Virus record (IMG/VR): IMGVR_UViG_3300032116_022045
Strand: one strand, 5' to 3'
Origin: a virus
Taxonomy: Duplodnaviria; Caudoviricetes
DNA: 64,000 bases
Shown piece after piece: positions 9,746 through 19,249 of the stretch. The notes below the pieces were generated by a model that ran no database searches, was not told where the DNA came from, and worked only from the letters and a program-made list of their open reading frames with translations. Both the position numbers and the translations under genes were made by a program. Within the stretch, counting starts at the first letter, position 1. Each line of letters starts with the position of its first letter.

Positions 9746-12700
9746 TATTTTAAGTTTAAAAATGGGTTAGTTAAATTTTTATTACCTATATTATTATTAT
9801 TATATTTTACTATAAGTTTATAATCTTTTTTATAATTATTTTCTAATGTATCCTTATTTATTATTTCTATTATATTACCATTTAACAATATTTTTTTTAT
9901 ATTTTCACTATCTGTGAATACATTACTATAAATTGTTTTAATATCAGTTATATTTGTTTCTTGTTCACCAAAAATTGTTATTTGATTTGGGTCTGGATAA
10001 GTTATTTCTTCATTTATTGTTATATTAACACCTTTTTTTATTAATTTATTAAATTTATCGTCATTCATTCCAGTAACAAAATTACCATTAGCATCAAATA
10101 TATTTTGACTTTCTAATTTTATTTTAAGTAATAAATTAGTTATATTGGATTGTTCAATAAGCCAATCAGCTTCTTGTATCCTTGTTATTTTAGGTTCACT
10201 TGTTGTACCTGATTGTGATGGTACTTCTCCATTAAGTTGTTTATCAGCTTCTTGAGTTTGATTTGATGGGTTATAACTTAAAGATTTACCAATATCACTA
10301 CCACTGCCACTACCACCCTTAAATTTATCATCTGTAGTAGAAAATGGTTCAAATGAATCATTTGCATTTTTAATACCATTCTTAATCGTACCATTTCCAC
10401 TAGTATCAATTTCTATGTAATCAGCCCTTGGGTCATAAACTTCAGTATTTGCATAATAATTAAAAGATAATGCGTTTTGTAATTTATTTAAAGGACCATT
10501 TAATGATGAACCACCAATAATCTTAAGACCTAATGTAACTTTTGCAATCATTGGTTGAACACCAATACCTTCTGGGTTTAAATCCCAAACTAATGGTTCA
10601 TAATCAATACTTAAACTATCAATAGCTATTTTTGTGTGAAAGAAATCACCAATTCTTAATATACATATAGGTGCTCTACCAAAAGCTAAGTTATCAGCTC
10701 CTTGTTCTTCTTTTGTCGCCCCTTGTCTAGTGCATTGATGTAAAAATGTTAACCTAGAATTTAAACCTTCTGGTGTTGTTGAATGGAACGCTGGATGAAA
10801 ATATTTTATCTTTTCTCTAAAACTATCAAAAATAAACGAACCACCTTCATTATTACAATCACCTTTTTCTAACTTTTCAAAGAAATTAAGTTCATTGTAA
10901 AAATTATATCTACCATCAGTATCTTTTATAGTTTCAGTTATTGTTGTTGTTGTTGTTGTTGTGTTATCTGGTTTAACTTCTTCTGATGCCTTTTCTGGGT
11001 TTGTGTTGAAAGTAATTGTTACATATCTACCTTCTTTACAGGCTTTAGCATCTGGTCTGGTTGGGTTTAAGTTGGTTGGAGTTATTTTTGGTTTACAGCT
11101 TTCACTTTCAACTACTTGACCACTTATAATTTTAATATCGTTAGTTATACCTACAGTATTTTTTAAATAATATTCAACCGCTTGAGACCTATAATTAGTT
11201 AATTCTGTTTGGTCTCTATTGCCTTTTTCTTTATCAACACCACCTTGTATTGTTGCAAATCCTTGAATTGTTATAGTGCAAGTTTTACATTTATCATCTA
11301 AATGTTTTTTTAAATCTGTAAAAAAATTAGGGTCTTGCAACGTATATGGTTTACCATCAATAGATAATTTTTGGTTTACACCATTTAAACCAAAATTAGT
11401 TTTATCCGTAAAATCTGTGTTTGATGTATAACCACCATCAAAATTACCTATACCACCCCATTTTGAAGTCGGGTCATTAACACCTGGTGGATATCCTTCC
11501 ACACCAGCTGCATTAATAGTATAATCTATTGGTGTATTTAAATTAAACCCAGATTCATATTTGTTTGTTGTACTACCAATGCCACCATTTAAAATCTTAT
11601 CAACTGAAACATTTATATCATTTTGACTAGGATAGTCATTAGGAAAATAAATTTTAAATGAATTCATTGGTACTTTTTCTTCACTAGCTGTTTTTTGTTC
11701 TTCTGATGTTGCTGAACTATTTTGAGTTTGTTCTGTTTTTTGTGTTATTTTTTCTCTTATTTTTGTTGCTATTAATTCATTAGTTAATGTTTCATCAGGT
11801 AAAATACAACAACCAGCAAAAAATGACGCTATATAATTATCATCAGGTCTGTTATTTTTATTTTTAAACGCATTAGCATATGTAGGATGGTCAACTATAA
11901 TAGAAAATGATAATGTACCTGTTCTTTCTGTATTATTATATGTATATATTGGTTCGCCTCTCCCGATAAAATTTGTTGATTCCCATTGAACTGATACACT
12001 TTCAGAAAAATTAATATCATATGGTGGAAACCACATTATTCTACCTTTTCTATTTGTTGTTGTGTCACCTGGTCCTCTTTCACCAGCAGGTAAATCAGGA
12101 TAATTATCATTCCAAGCTAAATTTTCAATAGAAAACATATAATTTTTAACATTAGCTTTTCTTGTTATGATAGGTCCATTTTGGTCAAAATCACTTGTAT
12201 ATGGTGCTATCTTAACAAATCCAGTATCTTCTAACACAGATAAATTAGGATTGAATTTATCATTTCTATAAGGCATATTATCTTTAAGTAATGCACTTCT
12301 TCTGATTAAATTACCTATACTATCATATCTATTAGTTGCAACCCAACTCCTACAAAATATATCATCAGCACTACCACCAACACCATTAAACGTATAATTA
12401 GTGAATTGACCACTTTTTAGCACAGCACTACCCTTAGACGTGGCATTACCATTAGCTGTACTTATTTGAGTTGAATCTCTTAATTCTGTATCACCTTTAA
12501 CAGACACTATATTTCTATTACTAGAACTATTAAATAATTTTTGTGTCTTTTTTAATAATGTTTTCTTTAAATTCTTACCATTATACTCATCTGGGAAAAC
12601 ATTAGAAACAGGTAAAAAAGGTATTGTTGTTGTGCTATCATTTACTCTATTTAATGGTCCTGTTTGTAATGGAGATGGTGTGTCTTGACTTTGGTTATCA

Positions 12701-14103
12701 CTTACCCAAGTAAATGTTGTTGTTTTAGGTGTTCTACCATTATATTTCGTTATATTAGGTAAAACATCTTCAAAACCATAAAAACCATATTCATCTATTT
12801 TTCGTTTATTATAATTTAAATCTGGTATTATTCTATCATTAATACTTAAAGGATTTATTAATGTACCATTACCATTATAATAAGCGTATATATTATAGTC
12901 ATTTGATTTAATATCTCTATCATTAGTATAACCAGCAGCATAACCACTTCTAAATGTCGCTAAACTAGGGTTATCAATACCATATATACCTTGCAAACTA
13001 CCGTTAACGTTTGTTATTAAGGCTTTTATCTGACCTTTACCAGTGTTATCTAACATAGCATTAGCTCTTGCTATATTTTCGCTATTACCGTTTTCATATT
13101 GAAAAATAGAGCCGCTATCTTGTAGATAACTTTTAGGTAAAGTAAATCCTAATATTCTTGATGTATAATCAGCTACTCTACCTAATGTATCACCAGGTAC
13201 AGTAATCTTATAGTTAGGTCTAAATACTGGTGATGTACCTTCTTTTATTAAATTTAATATATTTTCACCAACATTTAAACTACCTAATATCTCTTGTTGA
13301 ACATTAAACGCTGCGTTATTTCCTAATGCAACTGCAAGTTGTTGTGCACCAATAATACCTAATTCAGTATCATTTAATACACCTGTCAATCCCAATGCTC
13401 TACCAGCTAATGTTGACCTTAAATCAAAATTTGTTACTAACCCTTCATTTGAAAAACCTAATCCTTGGCCATTCAATAAACTACCAATAACATTAGAAGC
13501 TTGAACAGCACCTCCTTGTCCTAAATTTAAAGCACCGTATTCATTTAAATAACCATTTATTTGTTTAGTTATTTGTGACTCTGTTTGGATTTGAGCATCT
13601 GTTTGTTCAGACGCATCCAAATATTCATTCTTTGCCGTATTAAACTCTCTATAACCAGCGTTATTTGTTTTACCTATAATACCATATTGACTAACCTCAT
13701 CTGTTGCTGATTCAGGGTATTGTTGCGTACCATGTGGCCATTCAGCATCACCAAATTGTGGATTATTTATATCTTGAATATAATCTACCGTTACATAAGG
13801 ATTTGTTCTTGTATCTTGGTCTGGTCTAAATGTATTTCTACCAAAACTATCTTGTGCATTATTGGCACTATATTCTTCAATAGGTGAAAAATCAGGTGTT
13901 ATATTTGAATTAGTACCAACTACAGTATCTAATACAGGTTCACCTATTCTTGGTGAACCATTAACATTTGTTGATATTTGTGGGTATCTTGGTTGTAATT
14001 TTTTATTTAATAAAAAATCTCTAATACCAAAATTAGTAGCAATATCTGTTATGGTATTTTTATTACCTGGTGTTGGTTCAGATGTATTATAAAAAATTGG
14101 CAT
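9745..14103 (-). CDS. Large baseplate/tail-initiator protein with two tube-like segments flanking an OmpA-like domain
   Basis: 1452 aa. FPPYDINFSE..W...FIGRGEPIYTYNNTERTGTLSF and PICILRIGDFF..KIAIDSLSIDYEP segments. OmpA-like IYFPND...ITIQGFAT...RSQAVEYYL...GRYVTITF. Confidence 0.6.
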   Translation of the reverse strand: MPIFYNTSEPTPGNKNTITDIATNFGIRDFLLNKKLQPRYPQISTNVNGSPRIGEPVLDTVVGTNSNITPDFSPIEEYSANNAQDSFGRNTFRPDQDTRTNPYVTVDYIQDINNPQFGDAEWPHGTQQYPESATDEVSQYGIIGKTNNAGYREFNTAKNEYLDASEQTDAQIQTESQITKQINGYLNEYGALNLGQGGAVQASNVIGSLLNGQGLGFSNEGLVTNFDLRSTLAGRALGLTGVLNDTELGIIGAQQLAVALGNNAAFNVQQEILGSLNVGENILNLIKEGTSPVFRPNYKITVPGDTLGRVADYTSRILGFTLPKSYLQDSGSIFQYENGNSENIARANAMLDNTGKGQIKALITNVNGSLQGIYGIDNPSLATFRSGYAAGYTNDRDIKSNDYNIYAYYNGNGTLINPLSINDRIIPDLNYNKRKIDEYGFYGFEDVLPNITKYNGRTPKTTTFTWVSDNQSQDTPSPLQTGPLNRVNDSTTTIPFLPVSNVFPDEYNGKNLKKTLLKKTQKLFNSSSNRNIVSVKGDTELRDSTQISTANGNATSKGSAVLKSGQFTNYTFNGVGGSADDIFCRSWVATNRYDSIGNLIRRSALLKDNMPYRNDKFNPNLSVLEDTGFVKIAPYTSDFDQNGPIITRKANVKNYMFSIENLAWNDNYPDLPAGERGPGDTTTNRKGRIMWFPPYDINFSESVSVQWESTNFIGRGEPIYTYNNTERTGTLSFSIIVDHPTYANAFKNKNNRPDDNYIASFFAGCCILPDETLTNELIATKIREKITQKTEQTQNSSATSEEQKTASEEKVPMNSFKIYFPNDYPSQNDINVSVDKILNGGIGSTTNKYESGFNLNTPIDYTINAAGVEGYPPGVNDPTSKWGGIGNFDGGYTSNTDFTDKTNFGLNGVNQKLSIDGKPYTLQDPNFFTDLKKHLDDKCKTCTITIQGFATIQGGVDKEKGNRDQTELTNYRSQAVEYYLKNTVGITNDIKIISGQVVESESCKPKITPTNLNPTRPDAKACKEGRYVTITFNTNPEKASEEVKPDNTTTTTTTITETIKDTDGRYNFYNELNFFEKLEKGDCNNEGGSFIFDSFREKIKYFHPAFHSTTPEGLNSRLTFLHQCTRQGATKEEQGADNLAFGRAPICILRIGDFFHTKIAIDSLSIDYEPLVWDLNPEGIGVQPMIAKVTLGLKIIGGSSLNGPLNKLQNALSFNYYANTEVYDPRADYIEIDTSGNGTIKNGIKNANDSFEPFSTTDDKFKGGSGSGSDIGKSLSYNPSNQTQEADKQLNGEVPSQSGTTSEPKITRIQEADWLIEQSNITNLLLKIKLESQNIFDANGNFVTGMNDDKFNKLIKKGVNITINEEITYPDPNQITIFGEQETNITDIKTIYSNVFTDSENIKKILLNGNIIEIINKDTLENNYKKDYKLIVKYNNNNIGNKNLTNPFLNLK

Positions 14104-14180
14104 TTATATAATATTATAATATTATTATTTATTTAATAATAAATAGATTGTTTTTATATTTTTTATATAAATTATTTATT

Positions 14181-14232
14181 ATTATTAATATTATATATTA
14201 TATATTATTAATATTATATATTATATATTATT
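14181..14232. repeat. Perfect 23-bp A/T-only tandem repeat (about 2.3 copies) inside a 104-nt G/C-free tract
   Basis: attattaatattatatattatat at 14181-14203 and 14204-14226. No G or C from 14151 to 14254. Confidence 0.85.
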
Positions 14233-14254
14233 TATTATTATTTATATATATAAA

Positions 14255-14285
14255 CAAATATACTGATTTTTTCTGACAAAATCAA
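14255..14285 (-). promoter_or_regulatory. Bacteroidota sigma70-type promoter upstream of the baseplate operon
   Basis: TTG-N20-TATATTTG on the minus strand. Confidence 0.6.
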
Positions 14286-14326
14286 GTTTTTTTATAAAAA
14301 AATTAACTATTTTTCAATAATTATCA

Positions 14327-16762
14327 TTATAATTTACCGTTAATATTCTCAGAAATTTGAATATTAACCAATCTTGTCATATTTTTAATGAATGTTGGGT
14401 CACTTATTAATCCAGTTGATATATTATTTCCACCAGGTAAAGATATTTTAATATCACCACTAATTTTTAATTCATCAAATCTATGTATCATATTACCATT
14501 ACTATTCATAGCTTCAGCTAATGCTCTATTACCACCAGCATCTGTTCCAGCAATCATAGTAGCGTCATTTAACTTCATAAATTTATCTTTTGGGTTAAAT
14601 TTTATTATACCATCATTAATAGTAACATCACTTGCATCATCAACAATATCACTCGTATAATCATTTGGATTACCCCTAATGTCTGAAAATAAATCTTTAT
14701 TAGGTATAACAGTTGGTGCATTAGGGTATTTTTTTCTATAAATTGCTCTAGCATTAGCTAAATTGTCTGTACCCATGTTTTCAACACTTAACCCGATTTT
14801 CTTATTTACATATTTAAGAGGGTTGAAACTATCCTCACCCACACTTTCAAGTAATGACATACCTGAACCTCCAAATGACTCAAAAAAACCACCAAATCCT
14901 GTGTTTCTAGTTTTTTCATCACTCGCAAAATCAAATATATCTTTAGCTGCACCGAGTATTGCCGCTATACCTGCTAACGTACCAGCAAGTCTAGTTAAAC
15001 CACCCAATAAAGGCTTAACAAAAGAAAATGCACCTTGTATCATAGGTCCAAGATTTTTCATTGTAGCTAAATTAAAACCAGCACCAAAAGATAAACCAGA
15101 TGCAAACCATTTAGCCCCTTCAAGTAAACCTATACCAAGAATTGCACTTCCTATACCCAAACCTGGATTATCAATAAACCATTTAACATACCCACCAATT
15201 GTTTCAGCAAAACTAACTAATTTTTTCGCATAGTCTTCAAATTTTACGTTTTTAAGATAATATGCTAATTTTTCTACTGCTGGTTTAAAACTTTTAACTA
15301 ATTCTTTAGCAAAAACATCCAAAACTGGCATAATGGGTAAAAATAATTCTTTTACACCATTTATAAAATTAGTTATTGTTTCATCAAATGTTTGTGCACT
15401 TTCAGCTCTTTCAGCTAATGATTTTTTTTCTTCCATTTGTTTTTTAATAAATTCATTACCTGATTTACCAAGTGCACTTAAAAATTTCTTTTCACCATTA
15501 ACTTCAATATAAGCTTTACCGTTTTTATCTAATTTAGCGGTATTCATCAAAAATTCTTTTTCTTCATCACCAATACTAAACGAAACTTGGCCTTCTATCA
15601 TACTGAATTTTTTTGCGTTTTTTCCAGCTGTAACCAAATCTTCAAAAGCGATACCAGTTTGTTCAGCAATTTTTCTTAATCTATGTAATTCAAGACCTGA
15701 CATATCAAATTCACCAGTCTTACTATTAAATTCGACTGATTGTTCAACAGCTTTACCTATTTCTTCAGTTAATCCAGCAACATCATTTCTTGCCATATAC
15801 ATTAAATGAAATGGGTCAGCCAAATTTGAAAATGAACCACCCAAAACTTGCAATTGAGCAGACATTTGAACAGCACCTTCAATATCAAATAACTTTTCAG
15901 CCATACCAGTTGCAAAGTTCATATCAACACCAAGTCTTGTTGTTGTTTCAGCCATTTTCTTTAAACCAGCTACACCACCTTTAAAATTATATTTATTTAA
16001 TAATTTAATGTTATTTGATATTGCTTTTACAACTTTACTAGCATTTAAACCCATTTTACTAGAATCATTCATCGTTTGGTCAATAAATTCACCAGTTCTT
16101 TCAGCACTATAACCTATAAGTTCAAAATCAGCAGCCATTTTAGCTGCACCTTCAGCACCTAAACCAGTTGCAGCAGCCATAGCACCGATAGCCACCAATC
16201 CATCTTTACCTAACATTACTGTTCTACCCATTTCTTCAGTGTATGCCGCTTGCATCTCAGCTAATTGACCTTGGTTTATACCAAATTCATTTGTGATTCG
16301 ACCAGCATCAGCTAATGACTTTCTAAAAGATTTTGTTTGTGTATCTAAAATGCCCATGTTTAAAGCAGACATTTTAATTTTTTTGTCTATTTCAGCTAAA
16401 TATCGTGTATAAGAAACTATACTACCATATGCGCTAGTAATACCACCTAATAAATTTTTTGACGTTTGTAGAGCTGATGCAGAAAATTCTTGTGCTTTGA
16501 CTATATTAGACGTTTCTTTTGCTATGCGCTTATATCTTACTTCTAATTCTTTTACTTGCCTTAATTCTTCTTCTAAAATATCCTTTTGTTCGCCAGTAGC
16601 TTTTGATATTTGTTTTTCTAAATAAGCTATATTACTCTTAATAGCTTTAATCTTTTTTACAAATTCAATATAACCGCCAGTATCTTCGTTTATTCGTCTT
16701 ACTAACTCTGCTTCATCTCTTAATTGTTCTAAAAGTTTTTCTCTTTCTCTTTCTCCAGCCAT
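14327..16762 (-). CDS. Tape measure protein
   Basis: 811 aa, Ala/Gly-rich helical protein with a hydrophobic C-proximal stretch, located between the tail chaperones and the baseplate genes. Confidence 0.75.
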   Translation of the reverse strand: MAGEREREKLLEQLRDEAELVRRINEDTGGYIEFVKKIKAIKSNIAYLEKQISKATGEQKDILEEELRQVKELEVRYKRIAKETSNIVKAQEFSASALQTSKNLLGGITSAYGSIVSYTRYLAEIDKKIKMSALNMGILDTQTKSFRKSLADAGRITNEFGINQGQLAEMQAAYTEEMGRTVMLGKDGLVAIGAMAAATGLGAEGAAKMAADFELIGYSAERTGEFIDQTMNDSSKMGLNASKVVKAISNNIKLLNKYNFKGGVAGLKKMAETTTRLGVDMNFATGMAEKLFDIEGAVQMSAQLQVLGGSFSNLADPFHLMYMARNDVAGLTEEIGKAVEQSVEFNSKTGEFDMSGLELHRLRKIAEQTGIAFEDLVTAGKNAKKFSMIEGQVSFSIGDEEKEFLMNTAKLDKNGKAYIEVNGEKKFLSALGKSGNEFIKKQMEEKKSLAERAESAQTFDETITNFINGVKELFLPIMPVLDVFAKELVKSFKPAVEKLAYYLKNVKFEDYAKKLVSFAETIGGYVKWFIDNPGLGIGSAILGIGLLEGAKWFASGLSFGAGFNLATMKNLGPMIQGAFSFVKPLLGGLTRLAGTLAGIAAILGAAKDIFDFASDEKTRNTGFGGFFESFGGSGMSLLESVGEDSFNPLKYVNKKIGLSVENMGTDNLANARAIYRKKYPNAPTVIPNKDLFSDIRGNPNDYTSDIVDDASDVTINDGIIKFNPKDKFMKLNDATMIAGTDAGGNRALAEAMNSNGNMIHRFDELKISGDIKISLPGGNNISTGLISDPTFIKNMTRLVNIQISENINGKL

Positions 16763-16776
16763 AATTATTTATTTTA

Positions 16777-17715
16777 TTAGTTATTAGGTACAATATAACC
16801 ATAATTATCTCCAGAACCAGGTATCATTGTTAATATGTTATTATTAGTGTCGTTATCATTATCAACTAATTCACCAGTTCTTTTATCTCTAACTTTTGTT
16901 ATAAACGTATTGTCACGAACATTATATGTTTTAATTATTGTAAATATATATTTATTTGTATCTAATTTAATTTCTTTATAATCATTTATTACTTTACCAG
17001 TATATTTTTGATTATCATATTTAAATTCAGCATTTTTGTTTGATATAAAATTTTTATTATTTGGAACAGATTTAAGTTTATAATTAATACTATTTCTTAA
17101 ATCACGTGTTAAATCATCCAATTTAATTATACCCTTACCTTCTCTAGCTTTATTACCTTTTATAACATTAAATAACCTACCAAATAAATTAGGTGCCTTA
17201 TAAAAAGATTGTCTTAATAATGGGTCATCCAATAATTTATTATAATCTATACTATCTGCACTAACACTTTCACCACCTTGTTCACCACCTTGTTCACCAC
17301 CTTGTTGATTACCTTGTTGATTACCTTGTTGATTAGAATTTGTAGGTCCGTCAATAGTATCAACAACATTACTACCTCTAACTAATTGAATTGGTGACAT
17401 CATATTAAATTCTTCTATATCCCATATTTTAGGGTTATTTAATTTAAATTTGTCTTTAACTGTATCAGCAATTCTTAATCTTAATTTATCATTGATAACA
17501 CCATCAATGTAATACAACTTATCTTTGTGTTTTGGGTTTTGGTTTTTAAAAATTTTTTTTGTTAAATCAAAAACTGATAGTTTAACATCTTTGTTTTCTA
17601 TTTTAAATGTTATGACATCATTCTTTTTCAATTTTGATATAAAATCTTTAACTGTTGATTCTATCAAATTATTTTTAAGTGTTTTATATTGATTTTCAGT
17701 GATTATTATTTTCAT
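16777..17715 (-). CDS. Hypothetical late protein with (QQGN/EQGG)n linker, possible head-internal protein
   Basis: 312 aa. N-terminal MKIIITENQYKTLKNNLIES, five 12-nt repeats at about 17271-17334, and its own late-type motif. Confidence 0.6.
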   Translation of the reverse strand: MKIIITENQYKTLKNNLIESTVKDFISKLKKNDVITFKIENKDVKLSVFDLTKKIFKNQNPKHKDKLYYIDGVINDKLRLRIADTVKDKFKLNNPKIWDIEEFNMMSPIQLVRGSNVVDTIDGPTNSNQQGNQQGNQQGGEQGGEQGGESVSADSIDYNKLLDDPLLRQSFYKAPNLFGRLFNVIKGNKAREGKGIIKLDDLTRDLRNSINYKLKSVPNNKNFISNKNAEFKYDNQKYTGKVINDYKEIKLDTNKYIFTIIKTYNVRDNTFITKVRDKRTGELVDNDNDTNNNILTMIPGSGDNYGYIVPNN

Positions 17716-17731
17716 AAAGCTAATTATATAA

Positions 17732-17740
17732 TATAAATAT
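17732..17740 (-). promoter_or_regulatory. Putative late promoter (ATATTTATA)
   Basis: Coding-strand ATATTTATA 16 nt upstream of the ATG at 17715. The same motif precedes other structural genes. Confidence 0.5.
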
Positions 17741-17748
17741 AGAAAAAA

Positions 17749-17774
17749 TAAAAAAACCCAAAATTAATTGGGTT
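17749..17774 (-). terminator. Intrinsic terminator after the tail chaperone pair
   Basis: aacccaa/ttgggtt stem followed by a U-run on the minus strand. Confidence 0.65.
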
Positions 17775-18036
17775 AATTATTTGGTATTTCACCGCTTTTT
17801 AATTTTGATTTTAGTGCTTCACCACTTATTTTTGTTGTTCTACCACTTTTACCGCTTGATTTATTTTTCATTTCTTCATATTGTTCTTCACGTTGTCTTG
17901 CTTGTTTTGTTAATAATGATAAATAATATCTTCTTTCATAAATTGGTAAATTAAGAATATCAGAATAAGTAAAACCTTTTAAATGTTGTGTACAAATAAA
18001 TATTTCCTCAAGTAGTGATGGTTTAAATTCTGGCAT
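17773..18036 (-). CDS. Tail assembly chaperone C-terminal ORF (gp51 / GT-extension-like)
   Basis: FTYSDILNLPIYERRYYLSLL motif. It overlaps the end of the upstream chaperone in the +1 frame. First plausible ATG at 18036 (the ORF track starts at 18105). Confidence 0.65.
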   Translation of the reverse strand: MPEFKPSLLEEIFICTQHLKGFTYSDILNLPIYERRYYLSLLTKQARQREEQYEEMKNKSSGKSGRTTKISGEALKSKLKSGEIPNN

Positions 18037-19165
18037 CAGGCCAAAAAAACTTGATGTTAAGTGGAAGAAAGGTATCAATTGACCCACCTCTAGGAGTCGG
18101 AACACTGATATTTAAATCAATACCTGGTTCAATCGTAGATATATATTTTAATAAAGCTTTTGAATCACCAATTCTCATTGATTTTGATAAATTTGAAATA
18201 AGATTTCTATCTCTATCACCATCAATCTCAACAATCATTTTTTCTAATGTATATGTGTTTGTATTATTAACAGCCACATTATCTTCTTTTTCTTTAGCTA
18301 TAATTTGTTCAATAACATCAACATCACCACAAGTTAATAATTTAAATTTAATTACTGATTTACTAATTGGTAATGTAAAAGTAAATAAACCTTCATCGTC
18401 AGGGTCAACTTCTAATTTTTTAATTTTTAAATCATTTAAATTAACTTCAGTATCAAATGGGTCATCTAGTTCATCTAGTAACGTTACAGGATACATTTCA
18501 CCATAACTAGTTGCCCTTAACCAAATCATAATAGCATTTCTATCACCAATTAATAAATCTTCATATCTTAATTCGGTATCTAAAATTTTTCTATTAATTA
18601 ATATTTTTAAAAACTCACCGCTTTGTAATAGATTAGGACTCGTCAAAATATTCTCATCAGCAGTTGTCATATAAGAAACTTTAATATTTGGTTTTCTATT
18701 TCGATATACTTTACCTTGAGATGGTAATGGAATAACATCAAATGCTGAATTAAAATCTGGTTGACTTAATTCTATAATTTGTGAATTTAAATTTGATGGT
18801 AATTCACCATAATTTTCTGGTTTGTTTTTAGTTGTCATATTAGTTTTAATTGTATTATAATTTTTATTTTCTACTTTATTTTGATTAATTGTTGTATCTA
18901 CAACCTTATTTACTTTTTTAACCTCACTTAAATTATCTTCAACAACAACACCAGTGTTATTCTTTAAATTTAATTGTTCTTGTGTTCTTTTCATCATCGC
19001 CTCTACAGCAGAAGCATAATTTTGATTTACTTCATTTGAATTTTTAGTGTTTTCATAAATTTCTTTTGCTACATCAATTTTTTCTCTATGATATTTTTCT
19101 TCTTCAGCTTTTCTTTTTGCTGCTTCCATATCTTCATTTGAAGGTATTACATTAAGTTTACTCAT
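18023..19165 (-). CDS. Tail assembly chaperone / T4 gp26-like baseplate hub assembly protein
   Basis: IPLPSQGKVY...VSYMTTADENIL...GDRNAIMIWLRATSYG, FTLPISKSVIKFKLLT, ending FFWPDARI, upstream of the tape measure gene. Confidence 0.7.
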   Translation of the reverse strand: MSKLNVIPSNEDMEAAKRKAEEEKYHREKIDVAKEIYENTKNSNEVNQNYASAVEAMMKRTQEQLNLKNNTGVVVEDNLSEVKKVNKVVDTTINQNKVENKNYNTIKTNMTTKNKPENYGELPSNLNSQIIELSQPDFNSAFDVIPLPSQGKVYRNRKPNIKVSYMTTADENILTSPNLLQSGEFLKILINRKILDTELRYEDLLIGDRNAIMIWLRATSYGEMYPVTLLDELDDPFDTEVNLNDLKIKKLEVDPDDEGLFTFTLPISKSVIKFKLLTCGDVDVIEQIIAKEKEDNVAVNNTNTYTLEKMIVEIDGDRDRNLISNLSKSMRIGDSKALLKYISTIEPGIDLNISVPTPRGGSIDTFLPLNIKFFWPDARI

Positions 19166-19212
19166 AACAATTACTTTATATTAAATATAATTAGTTATAT
19201 TTTTATGTAAAT

Positions 19213-19242
19213 AAAAAAAAACCTAACATAAGTTAGGTTTTT
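19213..19242 (-). terminator. Intrinsic terminator after the 830-aa gene
   Basis: aaaacctaac/gttaggtttt stem, 4-nt loop and a U-run. Confidence 0.7.
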
Positions 19243-19249
19243 ATTGTTT

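Noticed and set aside
10941-10962. Trinucleotide microsatellite encoding poly-Thr, and poly-Gln tracts near 19350-19410
   Set aside because: These are in-frame low-complexity linkers with no evidence of a switch.
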